Assembly: GCA_039096225.1 (NCBI GenBank)
Contig: JBBPEB010000002.1
Location: 558,001 to 622,000 of the forward strand
DNA length: 64,000 bases
Reading direction: 5' to 3'
Source: Blastocystis sp. Blastoise
Lineage: Eukaryota > Protista > Bigyra: Opalinata
Shown: piece by piece, positions 51,261 to 62,757 of the stretch
How the letters are laid out: each line of letters starts with the position of its first letter
Position numbering within the stretch: the stretch's first letter is position 1
The notes under the pieces: generated by a model
The model's database searches: none
What the model saw: only the letters and a program-made list of their open reading frames with translations
What the model was told of the DNA's origin: nothing
Translations under genes and position numbers: made by a program

Positions 51261-53705
51261 CAGTGCTTTGCAATTTACAATTGCACTGTTTGCAAAATAC
51301 TTTGGCTTCAAATTTTTTAAAAAATCATGAAAATTTTTTTTTGCAAAATACTTTGGAAGCCAATTTTTTTTTTGCAAAATACTTTGGCATCATGAAAAAT
51401 TTTTGCAAAATACTTTGGATTTGACTTTTTGCAAAATACTTTGGCTTTGACTATTTGCAAAAAACAATGGATTTTTTTCAAAAAACAATGGATAATTTTG
51501 CAAAAAACAATGGATTTACATATATATATATTAATAAAAATTTTTATTGGGAGACTACTATAAGGTCAACCAAAATTGCCCTAAAAGCCGATTCAATTTT
51601 TCTTTGATTTTTTATAGTCGGCTTTTAGGGCAATTTTGGTTGACCTTATATGACTTTGGGAATATTTTTTTTTGTTTTTTTATTTTACTTTAAAACGACG
51701 TTTTTAATGAGATTCGTGTTCTAAAAGAACATTATTTGTGTTTTTTATGTTACAATAAACAACTTCTAATCATTAATTCTATTCGTTGTTTAAAAGGAAT
51801 TTTGTACTATATCCTATATTAACACTTCATACTATTGCTTACTTGTTTATTAAACATGTCTCTCTTTTTTGCTGACGTTACTAACCCTGATTCACGTGCT
51901 GATTACTTACTTTCCGTTCCTCCTATTATTCCTCAACCAATAGAATCTGTTGATTTTGAACTTGCTCCATCTGTTCCAATGATTTTTGAAGCTCTTCCTC
52001 CTATTCAAACTGCTAATAACCCTGTTGCTACAATTCCTACTGTTCCTATTGCTCCTAAACGTATTTATGTTAAAGTCACTCAAATTCAACGTGATGCGTT
52101 AAGAAGATACTATTCTGAACATGGTGAAACATGGTCTGTTCTTACTTATTCTACTAAAACTGGTATTAAACCGAAACAAACATCTGCTTTCATTAAGATA
52201 CTTCGTGATGGTGGTTCTATTGATTTATCAAGTGTGAAGAAAGGAAGAAAGAAGTTAATTACTGTTAATGGTTCTATAAGATTAACTGAGATGATTAGAG
52301 AAAACAATAAGATAACACTTACTGAAATGTCTACGAAATTAGCTACTCCTGAACCAATAAATGAAGAAGAAGATAATCAAGGAGAAGAAGAAGAAGAAGA
52401 TAATGGTGTTATTGATGCTTCTATTTCTACTATTTCTAGACATCTTCGTTTTGGTATGGAAAAAGATGGTCAACCTGCTTTTACTATTAAACTTGCTTCT
52501 CATAGAGAACCTGCTAGTAATACTGCTGCTAATAAAGAAAAGAGAATAGAAGTTATTCAAAAATTGAACTTATTAGAATCTCGTGGTCATATGATAGTGT
52601 ATGTTGATGAAAGTCATTGGGAAGTTGGTTTAGTTCATCGTCATTTGCGTTCTCCAAGAGGTGAAAAAGCATTTGATAATTGTAACTCTCGTGCTTTAAG
52701 TATAACTGCTCTTACTTCTATTTCTACTTTAGGTGTTGGTTATACTGAGTTAATTCATGGATCCGTTAATGCTGAAATCTTTCAATCCTATTTAAGTGGA
52801 TTGTTGAACTCCCTCAATGGTACTGGTAGTCATGTGATTTATTTGGATAATGCATCCATTCATCACGATCCTGGTGTTGCTGCTAAGGTTAGTGAAGCTG
52901 GTCATCAACTAGTTTTTGGAGCTCCTTATAGTCCTGAACTTAATCCAATAGAAAAAGTCTTTGGATTCTGGAAAACTCGTGCTGAAAATGATTTGAAGAT
53001 CTTTACAAATCTTGAAGATTTGGTTAATAAGATTGGAAATCATTTTCGTTCGATTAATCCAATGGAAGTTCGTGCAACTATCCAAGGAACTATCCGAAAC
53101 GTTTGGCCTAAGGTTATGAACAGAGATGATATATAAACAGTTATTTATATATACTTTATATATATATTATATATAAATTTGTTCAGTTTTTTAAAATTTT
53201 GTTTTGTTTATTGTAACATAAAAAACACAAATAATGTTCTTTTAGAACACGAATCTCATTAAAAACGTCATTTTAAAGTAAAATAAAAAAAAAAAAAAAA
53301 ATATTCCCAAAGTCATATAAGGTCAACCAAAATTGCCCTAAAAGCCGACTATAAAAAATCAAAGAAAAATTGAATCGGCTTTTAGGGCAATTTTGGTTGA
53401 CCTTATAGTAGTCTCCCAATAAAAATTTTTATTAATATATATATATGTAAATCCATTGTTTTTTGCAAAATTATCCATTGTTTTTTGAAAAAAATCCATT
53501 GTTTTTTGCAAATAGTCAAAGCCAAAGTATTTTGCAAAAAGTCAAATCCAAAGTATTTTGCAAAAATTTTTCATGATGCCAAAGTATTTTGCAAAAAAAA
53601 AATTGGCTTCCAAAGTATTTTGCAAAAAAAAATTTTCATGATTTTTTAAAAAATTTGAAGCCAAAGTATTTTGCAAACAGTGCAATTGTAAATTGCAAAG
53701 CACTG
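51261..53705 (+). mobile_element. IS630-Tc1-mariner transposon with ~502-bp TIRs and TA TSD
   Basis: TIRs 51261-51762 and 53204-53705 (CAGTG…CACTG), TA on both sides. The empty paralogous site GTCACTGATAACATAAA is at about 24160. Confidence 0.95.
51856..53136 (+). CDS. DD34E transposase (Tc1/IS630, DDE_3 type), intact
   Basis: YVDES, YLDNASIH, APYSPELNPIE, with 34 residues between the second D and E. First ATG at 51856. Confidence 0.93.
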   Translation: MSLFFADVTNPDSRADYLLSVPPIIPQPIESVDFELAPSVPMIFEALPPIQTANNPVATIPTVPIAPKRIYVKVTQIQRDALRRYYSEHGETWSVLTYSTKTGIKPKQTSAFIKILRDGGSIDLSSVKKGRKKLITVNGSIRLTEMIRENNKITLTEMSTKLATPEPINEEEDNQGEEEEEDNGVIDASISTISRHLRFGMEKDGQPAFTIKLASHREPASNTAANKEKRIEVIQKLNLLESRGHMIVYVDESHWEVGLVHRHLRSPRGEKAFDNCNSRALSITALTSISTLGVGYTELIHGSVNAEIFQSYLSGLLNSLNGTGSHVIYLDNASIHHDPGVAAKVSEAGHQLVFGAPYSPELNPIEKVFGFWKTRAENDLKIFTNLEDLVNKIGNHFRSINPMEVRATIQGTIRNVWPKVMNRDDI

Positions 53706-55506
53706 TAACATAAAATTTTTAAATTATTTCTTTTATATAAAACAAATAAAACAAAAATATGAATTAATAAAGAAACATTCCAGAAAAAATAATTTAAGCA
53801 GAATAACTTGAAAAAATAAATAGAATTGTTGTTTATTTTCATATTATAATATTTTCTTAGATAAATGTAATTTATATTAGAGATTTATTAAGAAATGTTT
53901 TATTTAATGAAACTATTATAAACCATAAAAATCTTTTTAAAAGTATGTTTACTTATTTATATGATAGTATATATTTAAAAAATATTTGTATAAATTATAA
54001 AACTCAAAAGGATACGAAGCATCGGCGAAGCCGATGCCACCCGCTAGTGTCATAATAAAATAGTCAATGAATGAATTGTCTTTTTTATGTCACCCGGTCC
54101 TTTTTTCATGAAAAGTGTGTAAATCGACGTGTCTTGATGAGCTGAGTTTGAAAATATTTTTTTTAGATTTTTAAAAAGAAAAACAAAAAAGTTATAAGCA
54201 ATTGTCACTTTTTTGTCAGAAAATTTTGTGACAATTGCCATATGGCAATTCCGTCCAGTGACAAGGGAAGGGGCTGATTCTGACCACATGTCGACCTATC
54301 GGATATGAGCTATTAAGATATGATTCCGTATGGAAATATATCACTGTATACGAGTCTAAACGATATAAAACGATTTGACACCTCTATCCTCGTCAAAAGA
54401 ACACTTATCAATTTTGTAAAAACTGAATCATTTTGTACGAAAATTTTAATTTTTTTTATTTCGACTTTTCTCAGCGATGGAGAGTCGCTATAAGACGTTT
54501 GATACAAAAAGGCACATCTATGTCTTCTAAAGATTGTGTCTAGATGCTTTTATTTTATAATATTGAAATCTGGTGAAGATATTCTAATAACAAAGTTAAA
54601 AAATATTTTTTTAATGATTTTTACTTAAATAAGTCTACAGACCTTATTTATAGGTCTAGAAAGCTAATAGAAACGAAAGACACATCTATATGTTATGCTG
54701 ATTACATATTGGTGTCATATGTAAGTTTTCGATCATTCTTGGTGGTGAATGACACATAACAAATTTAGGTATACACAGATTTTTTACACAAAAAAAAAAT
54801 CTTTTTTTTAATTGATCAAAAACAGCTCATTTAAGTTATATAAATGGACTTTGAGTGTCAATATGTGTTGTAGATAATTTTCGCCACCAGTTGGACACCA
54901 TTTTATACTTTCAAGACAACCTTTTCCAAAACTGATCCAACATGGTGACTCAACATAAAACTAAAACTGTGTCCGTCTATATATACTCAATGTCCCTTTA
55001 CTTTAAAACACATTTTAGTCAACACTTGAGTCAACATTCACATCTCGAAATGTAAAGTTGTGTCCTTTTAAAAATCTGATCAGAGGAAAATGATTTTCTA
55101 GTGGAAAAACCTACATAAAAAAAAATTGTAAATTAAGTTTTATAGTAGTCATAAAAAAGGAAACCAAAAAAAATAAAAAAAAAGAAATTTTTATTATAAA
55201 TAAAAAATAAAGAATTCTATAGAATTTTTAGAATTCTAAAAGAAATTTAAAAAAAACAATTGAAAATTTTAATTTGCTATTTTGAAACACAAAAAAAATC
55301 AGCAAATGAATCAATAAGCCCCTCGAGAAAATTTTTTTGTAAGTCGTTTTTTGGCTCGGTTTTTGATGTTACAATTTTTTTTATATAGGTCAGAATATAT
55401 ATAAATTTTATATATGTTATTAACAATGGGTAAGAAATTATTAATATTAAAAAAATTATTCGCGATGTACGGATAACCAAACCCCTGATTTTTCGTATTG
55501 CTTTTA

Positions 55507-56854
55507 TTATATAGATAGAAGATCATCAGTAATATATGATATCATTTGTATAATAGTACTTATGTTACTGTTTAGATAGGTTATCCATTTTTCATTTAAA
55601 GAAGAAAGAGAAGTATTTTTATCGTCAATAGATATATTACCAATAATATTTTGAATTATATTAAATAGTTGATCACTATAATGAAGAGAAGCATTAATTG
55701 TAAATATATGGTAGTTATATAAGCTATTATCAGAAATTTCAGAAGTAATAGAATTTTCATCTGTTATATGTTGAAGATTAGTTTCAACTGAATAATTTAT
55801 GTTAACCAAAGAAGATGAAACTGTTAAATCCTGATATTGACATGGAAGAAGAGAATATAATTTTTCTATTGTATCAATAGTTGTTGATGATGTTAAAAGA
55901 AGAGAAGCAAATGAATCGGAAATAAACCTAGAAATTGTCATAAACTTCATAGTAATTACTTCTTTTGATTTATTTATTTGAGGTGAAAGAGGATTATTAG
56001 TCCGCTTAGACTCTATATATATATATATATTCGGAAATAGTTAGTTATCTTTATGGTATCTTTATCCATTGATAAATCAGTTGTTGTGTCTATTGAACTA
56101 TTTTTAGCTAGAAGAATATATATGATAGTAATATTATTTACGATAGTAATAGTAGTAATAATAATGAACATAATTATTATATATAAATATATATACGATT
56201 TAAAACTGGAATCACATTTACATTTGTATTTCTTTCTTCTGAAATAAAATTAGTTAATATTTGGGTTTCTTTTTTTGATGTTACTATAGTATATAAACAA
56301 AAGAAATACAATATATATAGTATATATATAAAATAGTATATATATACTGCATATATAACCATCGTGTCTACATGTTATTTGTATTCTTTCTCTTGTCAAT
56401 AATGATCATTCATTTATAGCTTCTATAATCCGTTTTGAAAGTGACTCAGCTATAATCATAAAAAACATATATCATATCATTAAATTACTTACTTATTGAT
56501 ATTTCTTTTAAAGTTTTCGTTGTACCATTATAGAAAGGTTTCTGTTTTTTTTCGATTTCTATAACTTTTTTATATATAATATATATAATATACCTTCAAT
56601 AATAAAAAATATATCATAACCAGAATCACGAATCTTGTCAATGAAATTTTTGTATTCTCTTACTTTTTGAGCTCTTCCATTCTATATAATATATTTAAAT
56701 CTAATAAAAACTGAAATAATACATGAGTGGTTGATAAAAGATCTTTTATATAGTATTTTTCATGAGTATCATGGAAAAAATTTTCATCAGTTTGTCCAAT
56801 ATACTCTCTAACATATATAGGAAGTGAATATATAATGAATGAAGCTGTTATCAT
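55507..56854 (-). pseudogene. Degraded multi-exon gene, N-terminus possibly GIY-YIG-like
   Basis: IIYSL-x7-YIGQT, a spliced continuation NGRAQKVREYKNF…FFIIE, and later EKKQKPFYN. Confidence 0.3.
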
Positions 56855-57653
56855 ATCTTATATAGAGTAATTATGATAGATATTAACAGTAATAAAAGAA
56901 ATTTATTTATTATTAATTTTTTTTATTTTTTATTAATTCTTCCTTTCTTCGAACTGCAGAAGGGGGTATGCAAACCCCGCATAGAGTCTGCGCGACGCGC
57001 GCAGCCATAAGCGGGGAAGACATCCCCCCTTTTTGTTCTCGACGGAAGAATTAATAACATTTCTGAAGTAAAATAACCATGGGAGTGTAGGGTAGTGTGT
57101 GTGTGTATTTATTTTTTCCCATGTTTATTTATTTTTAATTTATTTGTGTTCCGATTCCAACGTGAAACGTAAAGTGATCAAGGAGAAACTCATAGTGATC
57201 ATAAAAGAAATAAAATACACACTCACACCCTCCCCTTTACAGGGAATATTCATGGAAAATGACTCCATCGTTGGTAAAGTGAGTAAAATAATCACGGGAA
57301 TACAGAAAGAAATACGAAAAGAAGCACAGAATGTGCTAAATAAACACACACCCCGACCCTCCCTTTATATAGAGAAAAGATGAAATGGATGGTTCTATCT
57401 AAAAAGAAATAATAAAAATAATCACGGGAATATATAAAAATAAAAATGTATGTATAGTGATCAATAAATAATATAAAAAGTCATGATAATCATAAAAAAA
57501 ATATATAAAAAGAGTAAAGTGATCAAGGTATGTATTTATAGTGGGTGAAAGAAAAGCTGGTGGTGGTGTGGTCTTGTAAAAAGATGTACCCACCACCACG
57601 ATTATAACGAGAGACTTTTTGAAACATGAGCGACCGATATGGAAAATATCAAT

Positions 57654-57683
57654 TTTCTAGAACATTCTAGAACATTCTAGAAT
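57654..57683. promoter_or_regulatory. Heat-shock element, six pentamers
   Basis: tTTCtaGAAcaTTCtaGAAcaTTCtaGAAt, about 45 bp upstream of the ATG at 57728. Confidence 0.65.
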
Positions 57684-57727
57684 AATAAATTGTATTATTC
57701 GTTTTTTATATTTTTATACTATATATT

Positions 57728-57895
57728 ATGGATTCTCCAAAGCAATTTGTTCCAGATTATAAAGAAGGTAATTGGAAACCTTATGGAAATTTTGAAGTTG
57801 ATGAATTAAGTGATAGTGATTCTGAAATGGATACTATTCAAACTGAAAGTGAGGATGATTACGAAGATTATATCAAGAATTTTATTGATTTTTAA
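57728..57895 (+). CDS. Small acidic protein, 55 aa (MDSPKQFVPDYKEGNWKPYGNFEVDELSDSDSEMDTIQTESEDDYEDYIKNFIDF)
   Basis: Paralog of 1749-1916. Confidence 0.75.
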   Translation: MDSPKQFVPDYKEGNWKPYGNFEVDELSDSDSEMDTIQTESEDDYEDYIKNFIDF

Positions 57896-57967
57896 ATTAA
57901 TTTTTATAAATAACAAAACAAATTGTTTAGTTTAAAAATAATAATAAATAAAATAAATTAAAATTAA

Positions 57968-59563
57968 CTAATGTTTTCTGCGTTTATTTCTAAATTTCTT
58001 AGGTGTTGTAGTACGTCTTTTTCTACGTAATCCATGTCCTGCAATATAAAATTTATTTCCTTCTCCATCATCACATGACTCAAAATCATCATCATCATCA
58101 TCTTTATTTTTATTATTTTTATTTTCAAGAGTAACATTTGATACTGGACCAGGAATAGGGGCTACTGGTGTAATATTTGGAGAGAAATTGTTTTTGACTA
58201 CTTGGGACATTGGAATGGTGACAGGTAAAGGAGCAGTAGGATCGTTCATACGAGCAATTAAATCTATTGGTCTTGATTCATTTATATCAATATTATGAAT
58301 ATTTTCTAAGGTTACAGGGGGACTTGGTGAAGGAATTAAAATATTATCATCATTATTATCGCCTAAAGGGAAGATTGGTGAAGGAGTAATATCTTCATTT
58401 AAATGAGGGATTGGTGAAGGACTTGGAACATCACCAATATCTATTTCTAATGGATTCTCATCTTGTAATAATTGTTGTTCTTCAGGACGTTTACCAAAAT
58501 AATAATCAGAGAAACTATTAAATGTATCTTTAATATACGAACCTATTTTATTTGCACCATCAACCAATGTATTTGTTGTTTTTTTAGCAACATTAACAAC
58601 AGGTTTTGCTGTATTTGTTACAGTATTAACAACTTTTTTAACAAGTGTTGGATCTGCTGCATATCTAATATAATCTTCATGGAATGTTGGCGTTATTTTG
58701 TTTAGATAATCACGTCTTGCAAGAACTTCACTAACTGAATCTTTATTAGAAAAATGGGCTTCAGGATAATAAAGATCAGCTAATTCTTTATTCTTTTTCT
58801 TAGCTTCATTATTATTAGATATTTTCCAATTATCATACAAATTATTTCTATCACTCACAATTTTTCCTTTAATATCGTTAAATCCTTCTTGTGGATCAAT
58901 ATTAATATCTTTCCACCATTTCTTAAGATCTTTAAATTTATCTGCACCATAATCAACTGCACTACTTATTCCATGAGTGATATTATGAATGCCTCCAGTT
59001 AAATTATTAGCAACACTATATACATCACCAACAACACCAAAAACATTTCTGAATAAATTACCTCCTCTTGAATATAAATATCCTTCGCGATCTCTTCTAG
59101 TAAAATCAATAGCTTTATCAATTGTACGAGGATTTAATAATCTTGAATATTTAGCATAATCAGGCATATGATGCTGTTTCATATAAGGTAAGACATAATC
59201 ATGAGCATAAATGAGTTTTCTTGTGAAATTCTTTGGAATTCTACCATCAGGTAACAACCCAGATCCTTCATCTATTGGTTCAGTTTCTTCTGATTCTTCT
59301 AATGAACTTTGTATAACATCTTGTCTGGTTTCTGACAAATATGAATAGAATGGATTTGACATTGCTCTATTAACCATATTACTTTCTATTCGCTTAACAG
59401 CAGCTAAAGAATTAGGAGCAATAGAATAATTAATTGGATGACGTTCTTCTCCATCAGGAATAGATCCTGGAACAATATAATTTCGATATTCATGACCAGT
59501 AGCACGATGATTTACACCTACTAATCCTTTATTTGAAACATTTAAACGAGCACTTTGTATCAT
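57968..59563 (-). CDS. PLV probable core protein (531 aa)
   Basis: Paralog of 184-1674. GSGL and GHGLRRKRR motifs. Confidence 0.85.
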   Translation of the reverse strand: MIQSARLNVSNKGLVGVNHRATGHEYRNYIVPGSIPDGEERHPINYSIAPNSLAAVKRIESNMVNRAMSNPFYSYLSETRQDVIQSSLEESEETEPIDEGSGLLPDGRIPKNFTRKLIYAHDYVLPYMKQHHMPDYAKYSRLLNPRTIDKAIDFTRRDREGYLYSRGGNLFRNVFGVVGDVYSVANNLTGGIHNITHGISSAVDYGADKFKDLKKWWKDINIDPQEGFNDIKGKIVSDRNNLYDNWKISNNNEAKKKNKELADLYYPEAHFSNKDSVSEVLARRDYLNKITPTFHEDYIRYAADPTLVKKVVNTVTNTAKPVVNVAKKTTNTLVDGANKIGSYIKDTFNSFSDYYFGKRPEEQQLLQDENPLEIDIGDVPSPSPIPHLNEDITPSPIFPLGDNNDDNILIPSPSPPVTLENIHNIDINESRPIDLIARMNDPTAPLPVTIPMSQVVKNNFSPNITPVAPIPGPVSNVTLENKNNKNKDDDDDDFESCDDGEGNKFYIAGHGLRRKRRTTTPKKFRNKRRKH

Positions 59564-59675
59564 TTTATAAAATAATTATATTTTTTAAACAAAACAAAAT
59601 AAAATATTGTATAATAAATTATTAATTACAAGATAATATATAAGAAATATAGATATATAATGTAAGGTATGCTAG

Positions 59676-60482
59676 TTATTTATTTTTTAAATAATCATCA
59701 AGAGGAATTGCTTCTCCATCTACATCAATATATACTGTATTCTTAGTATATATTAATCTCTTATCACCAAAAGCATCACTATTAGTACAATTTAGTAATC
59801 CTGATTTAATATAATAATCGAATTCAAATTCACCATAAGACGCTTTCTTGTACTTATTTCTGTTTTTATCTTTGTATACTTTATTAGCTACCTTGAAATC
59901 TCTCACTGGTTGTGTGGGTGTTTCAGTTTCTTTTTCAGTTTCAGGTTTCGTTTCAGGTTTAGTTTCAGGTTTAGTTTCAGGTTCTTTAGATGGTTTCTTT
60001 TCGGGTTCAGGTTTAGGTTCAGGTTCGGGTTGTTCTTCAGTGAAATTAGAATTCATGGATTCTGGTTGTGGTTTCACTGTATAGTCTTCATTAGGATTTC
60101 TTACAGTATGAATAAGTTTTTCATATTGATAGTTATTAGGATTACTAGCATCATACCATATCTTACTTGTAGTAGGAATACCATAATTCGTTTGCCATTG
60201 AGATAACATGGATGTATATCTATTGGTATCACCATTAGCTTTAGCTGAATTCATAGTAGCTATAAACATATCTTCAGGTGATTGACCATGATTTCTTAAT
60301 GCTTGAACTGCCATTGAACTATACATAGATCCTTGTGCATTAGGATCATGTGCTAATGGTTGTACAGGTTGTTCATCTTGACAAATATATGAATTGGGTA
60401 ACCATGGATCCCAAGATTGTTTTTTCTGATTTCTTGATAAAATATCATAGAGAGTTACACTATCTCCTAAATTACTTTGCAT
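59676..60482 (-). CDS. PLV hypothetical protein with PETK/PE repeats (268 aa)
   Basis: Intact ORF within the co-oriented block. Confidence 0.8.
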   Translation of the reverse strand: MQSNLGDSVTLYDILSRNQKKQSWDPWLPNSYICQDEQPVQPLAHDPNAQGSMYSSMAVQALRNHGQSPEDMFIATMNSAKANGDTNRYTSMLSQWQTNYGIPTTSKIWYDASNPNNYQYEKLIHTVRNPNEDYTVKPQPESMNSNFTEEQPEPEPKPEPEKKPSKEPETKPETKPETKPETEKETETPTQPVRDFKVANKVYKDKNRNKYKKASYGEFEFDYYIKSGLLNCTNSDAFGDKRLIYTKNTVYIDVDGEAIPLDDYLKNK

Positions 60483-60558
60483 TATTTATTGTATTAATTT
60501 AAAAATAATTATATAACAAAACAAATAATTAATTATGAAATAATAAAAGTTAAAATAA

Positions 60559-61596
60559 TTAATTTAAATGGAATTTTTTTAAGAAGAATTGAACAAGATT
60601 AATAATTAAATTAGTAGTAGTATCAAAGGATGTAGAGTTGACAAGAGCACCACCACAACGTTCAGCATTCTCTTTTGTAACACCACTTCCACTAGGATTT
60701 TTAAAATAGTTATCAGCAGTTTCTTTACGTTTCTTATCATCATCGGTAGTAATCATATTATAAGCGAAATCAATAGGGATACCAAGAGAAGGATAATAGT
60801 ATTTTAATGCATTCACTACAATAGGAACAATCGTTTTAATAGTTTTAATAGCAGTATTAGCAATAATAGAGTGCTTTTGTTTTGGATCCATAGGATATTC
60901 TTTATCGATAACGACATTAACAATATCACGTACAGACACATGCTCATCATTTTTAGGTAATCGTTCTTTAATATCTTGTAATTTCTTCTTATTAGACTTT
61001 ATATTATTAGAACGAATAGCCTTCTTAGCAATAATTTTTATTTGAGGAGTTACGAATTTACTTGTTTTCTTTTCTTTTTCTCGGTGACTCCCATGTTCTT
61101 TACGATGTTTTTGATGCCTTCTATGTATACCTTGACCAAATATATCATCATAATTTTCATCTTCAAGATTTGCATTATTATAATCTTTATCATCATCAGT
61201 CATCATTTTTCTTGTTATTCTCTTTGGTTGATAAGTAGCATCATCGTTATATAATTCATCATCTCTATTAGCATCTTCAATATGTTCTTCAAATTGTCTT
61301 TTCTTTTCTTCTTTTGCTTTTTCTTGACGTTTTTGTTCTTTACGTTTCTGATAATAATTATATCCAGCAAATGCTCCTAATGTACCTAAAATAGGTAATG
61401 CAGTATAGACACCATTTTTAAAGTCAGCCCAATCAGCATCTCTAGTTTGTTGTCTAACAATTTCTTCAAAGCCTGTTCCTCCATATCTTACATATCGTTT
61501 ATGATAAAGATCACGTCTATTTGATTTTGGTGGTGATCCTCCAAATAATCGTGGATCACAATTTTGTTTTAAATATCTTTTTGTAATTGAACTCAT
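60559..61596 (-). CDS. PLV probable core protein with a hydrophobic segment (345 aa)
   Basis: Intact ORF. GQGI, GSGV, FGGS and CGGA motifs; hydrophobic ALPILGTLGAFAG. Confidence 0.8.
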   Translation of the reverse strand: MSSITKRYLKQNCDPRLFGGSPPKSNRRDLYHKRYVRYGGTGFEEIVRQQTRDADWADFKNGVYTALPILGTLGAFAGYNYYQKRKEQKRQEKAKEEKKRQFEEHIEDANRDDELYNDDATYQPKRITRKMMTDDDKDYNNANLEDENYDDIFGQGIHRRHQKHRKEHGSHREKEKKTSKFVTPQIKIIAKKAIRSNNIKSNKKKLQDIKERLPKNDEHVSVRDIVNVVIDKEYPMDPKQKHSIIANTAIKTIKTIVPIVVNALKYYYPSLGIPIDFAYNMITTDDDKKRKETADNYFKNPSGSGVTKENAERCGGALVNSTSFDTTTNLIINLVQFFLKKFHLN

Positions 61597-61651
61597 AACA
61601 AAACAATAAAATAATTATGGTTTATATGACAAATTAAAATATTAAAAAAAA

Positions 61652-62689
61652 TTAATGAAAAGAAGGATAACCAGAATAATGTTTTTTATTTAAATAAGGA
61701 TTGAAAATGCGTCGTTGACTATCTTGTATGATTTGATCTTGTATGATTTGTAAGATGGATTCTTTAGGTTTATCTTTTTCATCTCGTTCAATACCTTTCA
61801 ATGAGACTTCTTCTTCAACAGGTAAAAACTTCTTCATTTTCTTTTCATATGTAGATATATGTTCATTAGGACGTTTAATGCCACTACCTGATACTTCACC
61901 TTGTTCTTCTCGTTTCTCTTTTTCACTATCTTCTTCTGTCCATTTCCTTTTCTTTACCATCTTATATACATTCTGTTTACTACCACAATCAGGATTAGTC
62001 CATATTGTTAAATCATCACTACCTTGTTTTAACATAAAGAATTGATGTGGATCATTCATTAATTCTTCATCTGTAAGAATTTCATTTAGATTCGATGGCA
62101 TAATCTTTAATTTATCTGGTAAGAATCCAGGATCACGTTTTAAGATTTGACTATTAATAAAGAAATGAGATACTTGACTTAATATAGATTGATTGGTAAC
62201 ATCTGTATGACTTTGAAGACATATAATAGCATTCTGTTTATAATGACGACCTTTAGATAATATAGATACAATCAATTGTTTGGTTTGTCTAGATAATGGA
62301 TAGATATCATCCAATACAATAAAATTATGTTCTGGTAATTTATATGTATTGACTAATTCATCAACAGTCTTAATCTTTTTAAATTTATCATCTACAGAAT
62401 CATACCATTTATAATCAATTCCAGCATGTTCACAAATATCTTGAAAGGATGTATAACATTCATTCTTATTGGATGCATCAGGACAAATTACTGTGACTTG
62501 TTTATATTTATTTTTAAGATCCATAGAACATAAGAGATTCACAGTTAAGAAAGATTTACCTGAGAATGTTCTTGCAATAATCAATATAAATTTTGATTCA
62601 TATGTTTTATGATGGGATTTTCCATATTTAAATTCTAAGACTCCACATCCTTTACGTGTTTCTTTTAATGGATTTATTTTATTCACCAT
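61652..62689 (-). CDS. A32-like (FtsK-HerA) DNA packaging ATPase
   Basis: Walker A ARTFSGKS, Walker B FIVLDD, and the A32 signature SKGRHYK…ICLQ. Confidence 0.88.
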   Translation of the reverse strand: MVNKINPLKETRKGCGVLEFKYGKSHHKTYESKFILIIARTFSGKSFLTVNLLCSMDLKNKYKQVTVICPDASNKNECYTSFQDICEHAGIDYKWYDSVDDKFKKIKTVDELVNTYKLPEHNFIVLDDIYPLSRQTKQLIVSILSKGRHYKQNAIICLQSHTDVTNQSILSQVSHFFINSQILKRDPGFLPDKLKIMPSNLNEILTDEELMNDPHQFFMLKQGSDDLTIWTNPDCGSKQNVYKMVKKRKWTEEDSEKEKREEQGEVSGSGIKRPNEHISTYEKKMKKFLPVEEEVSLKGIERDEKDKPKESILQIIQDQIIQDSQRRIFNPYLNKKHYSGYPSFH

Positions 62690-62757
62690 TTTATATGATT
62701 TTAATCAACAAAACAAAAAATAATTAATGATAAGTTAAAGATAAATAAATGATTTTA

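Larger units (their letters stand above)
48843..54047 (+). mobile_element. Complete Helitron family A copy interrupted by a Tc1/IS630 transposon
   Basis: A|TC start and hairpin plus CTAG|T end. Colinear with 21769-24510 once 51261-53707 is removed. Confidence 0.88.

Noticed and set aside
55211-55240. Additional heat-shock elements (also about 19094-19112 and 45293-45345)
   Set aside because: GAA/TTC spacing does not fit three or more contiguous pentamers.
54048-55300. Another Helitron beginning TCATAATAAAATAG directly after the family A end
   Set aside because: Preceded by G rather than A, no 3' hairpin found and no second copy in the window. Left unclassified.
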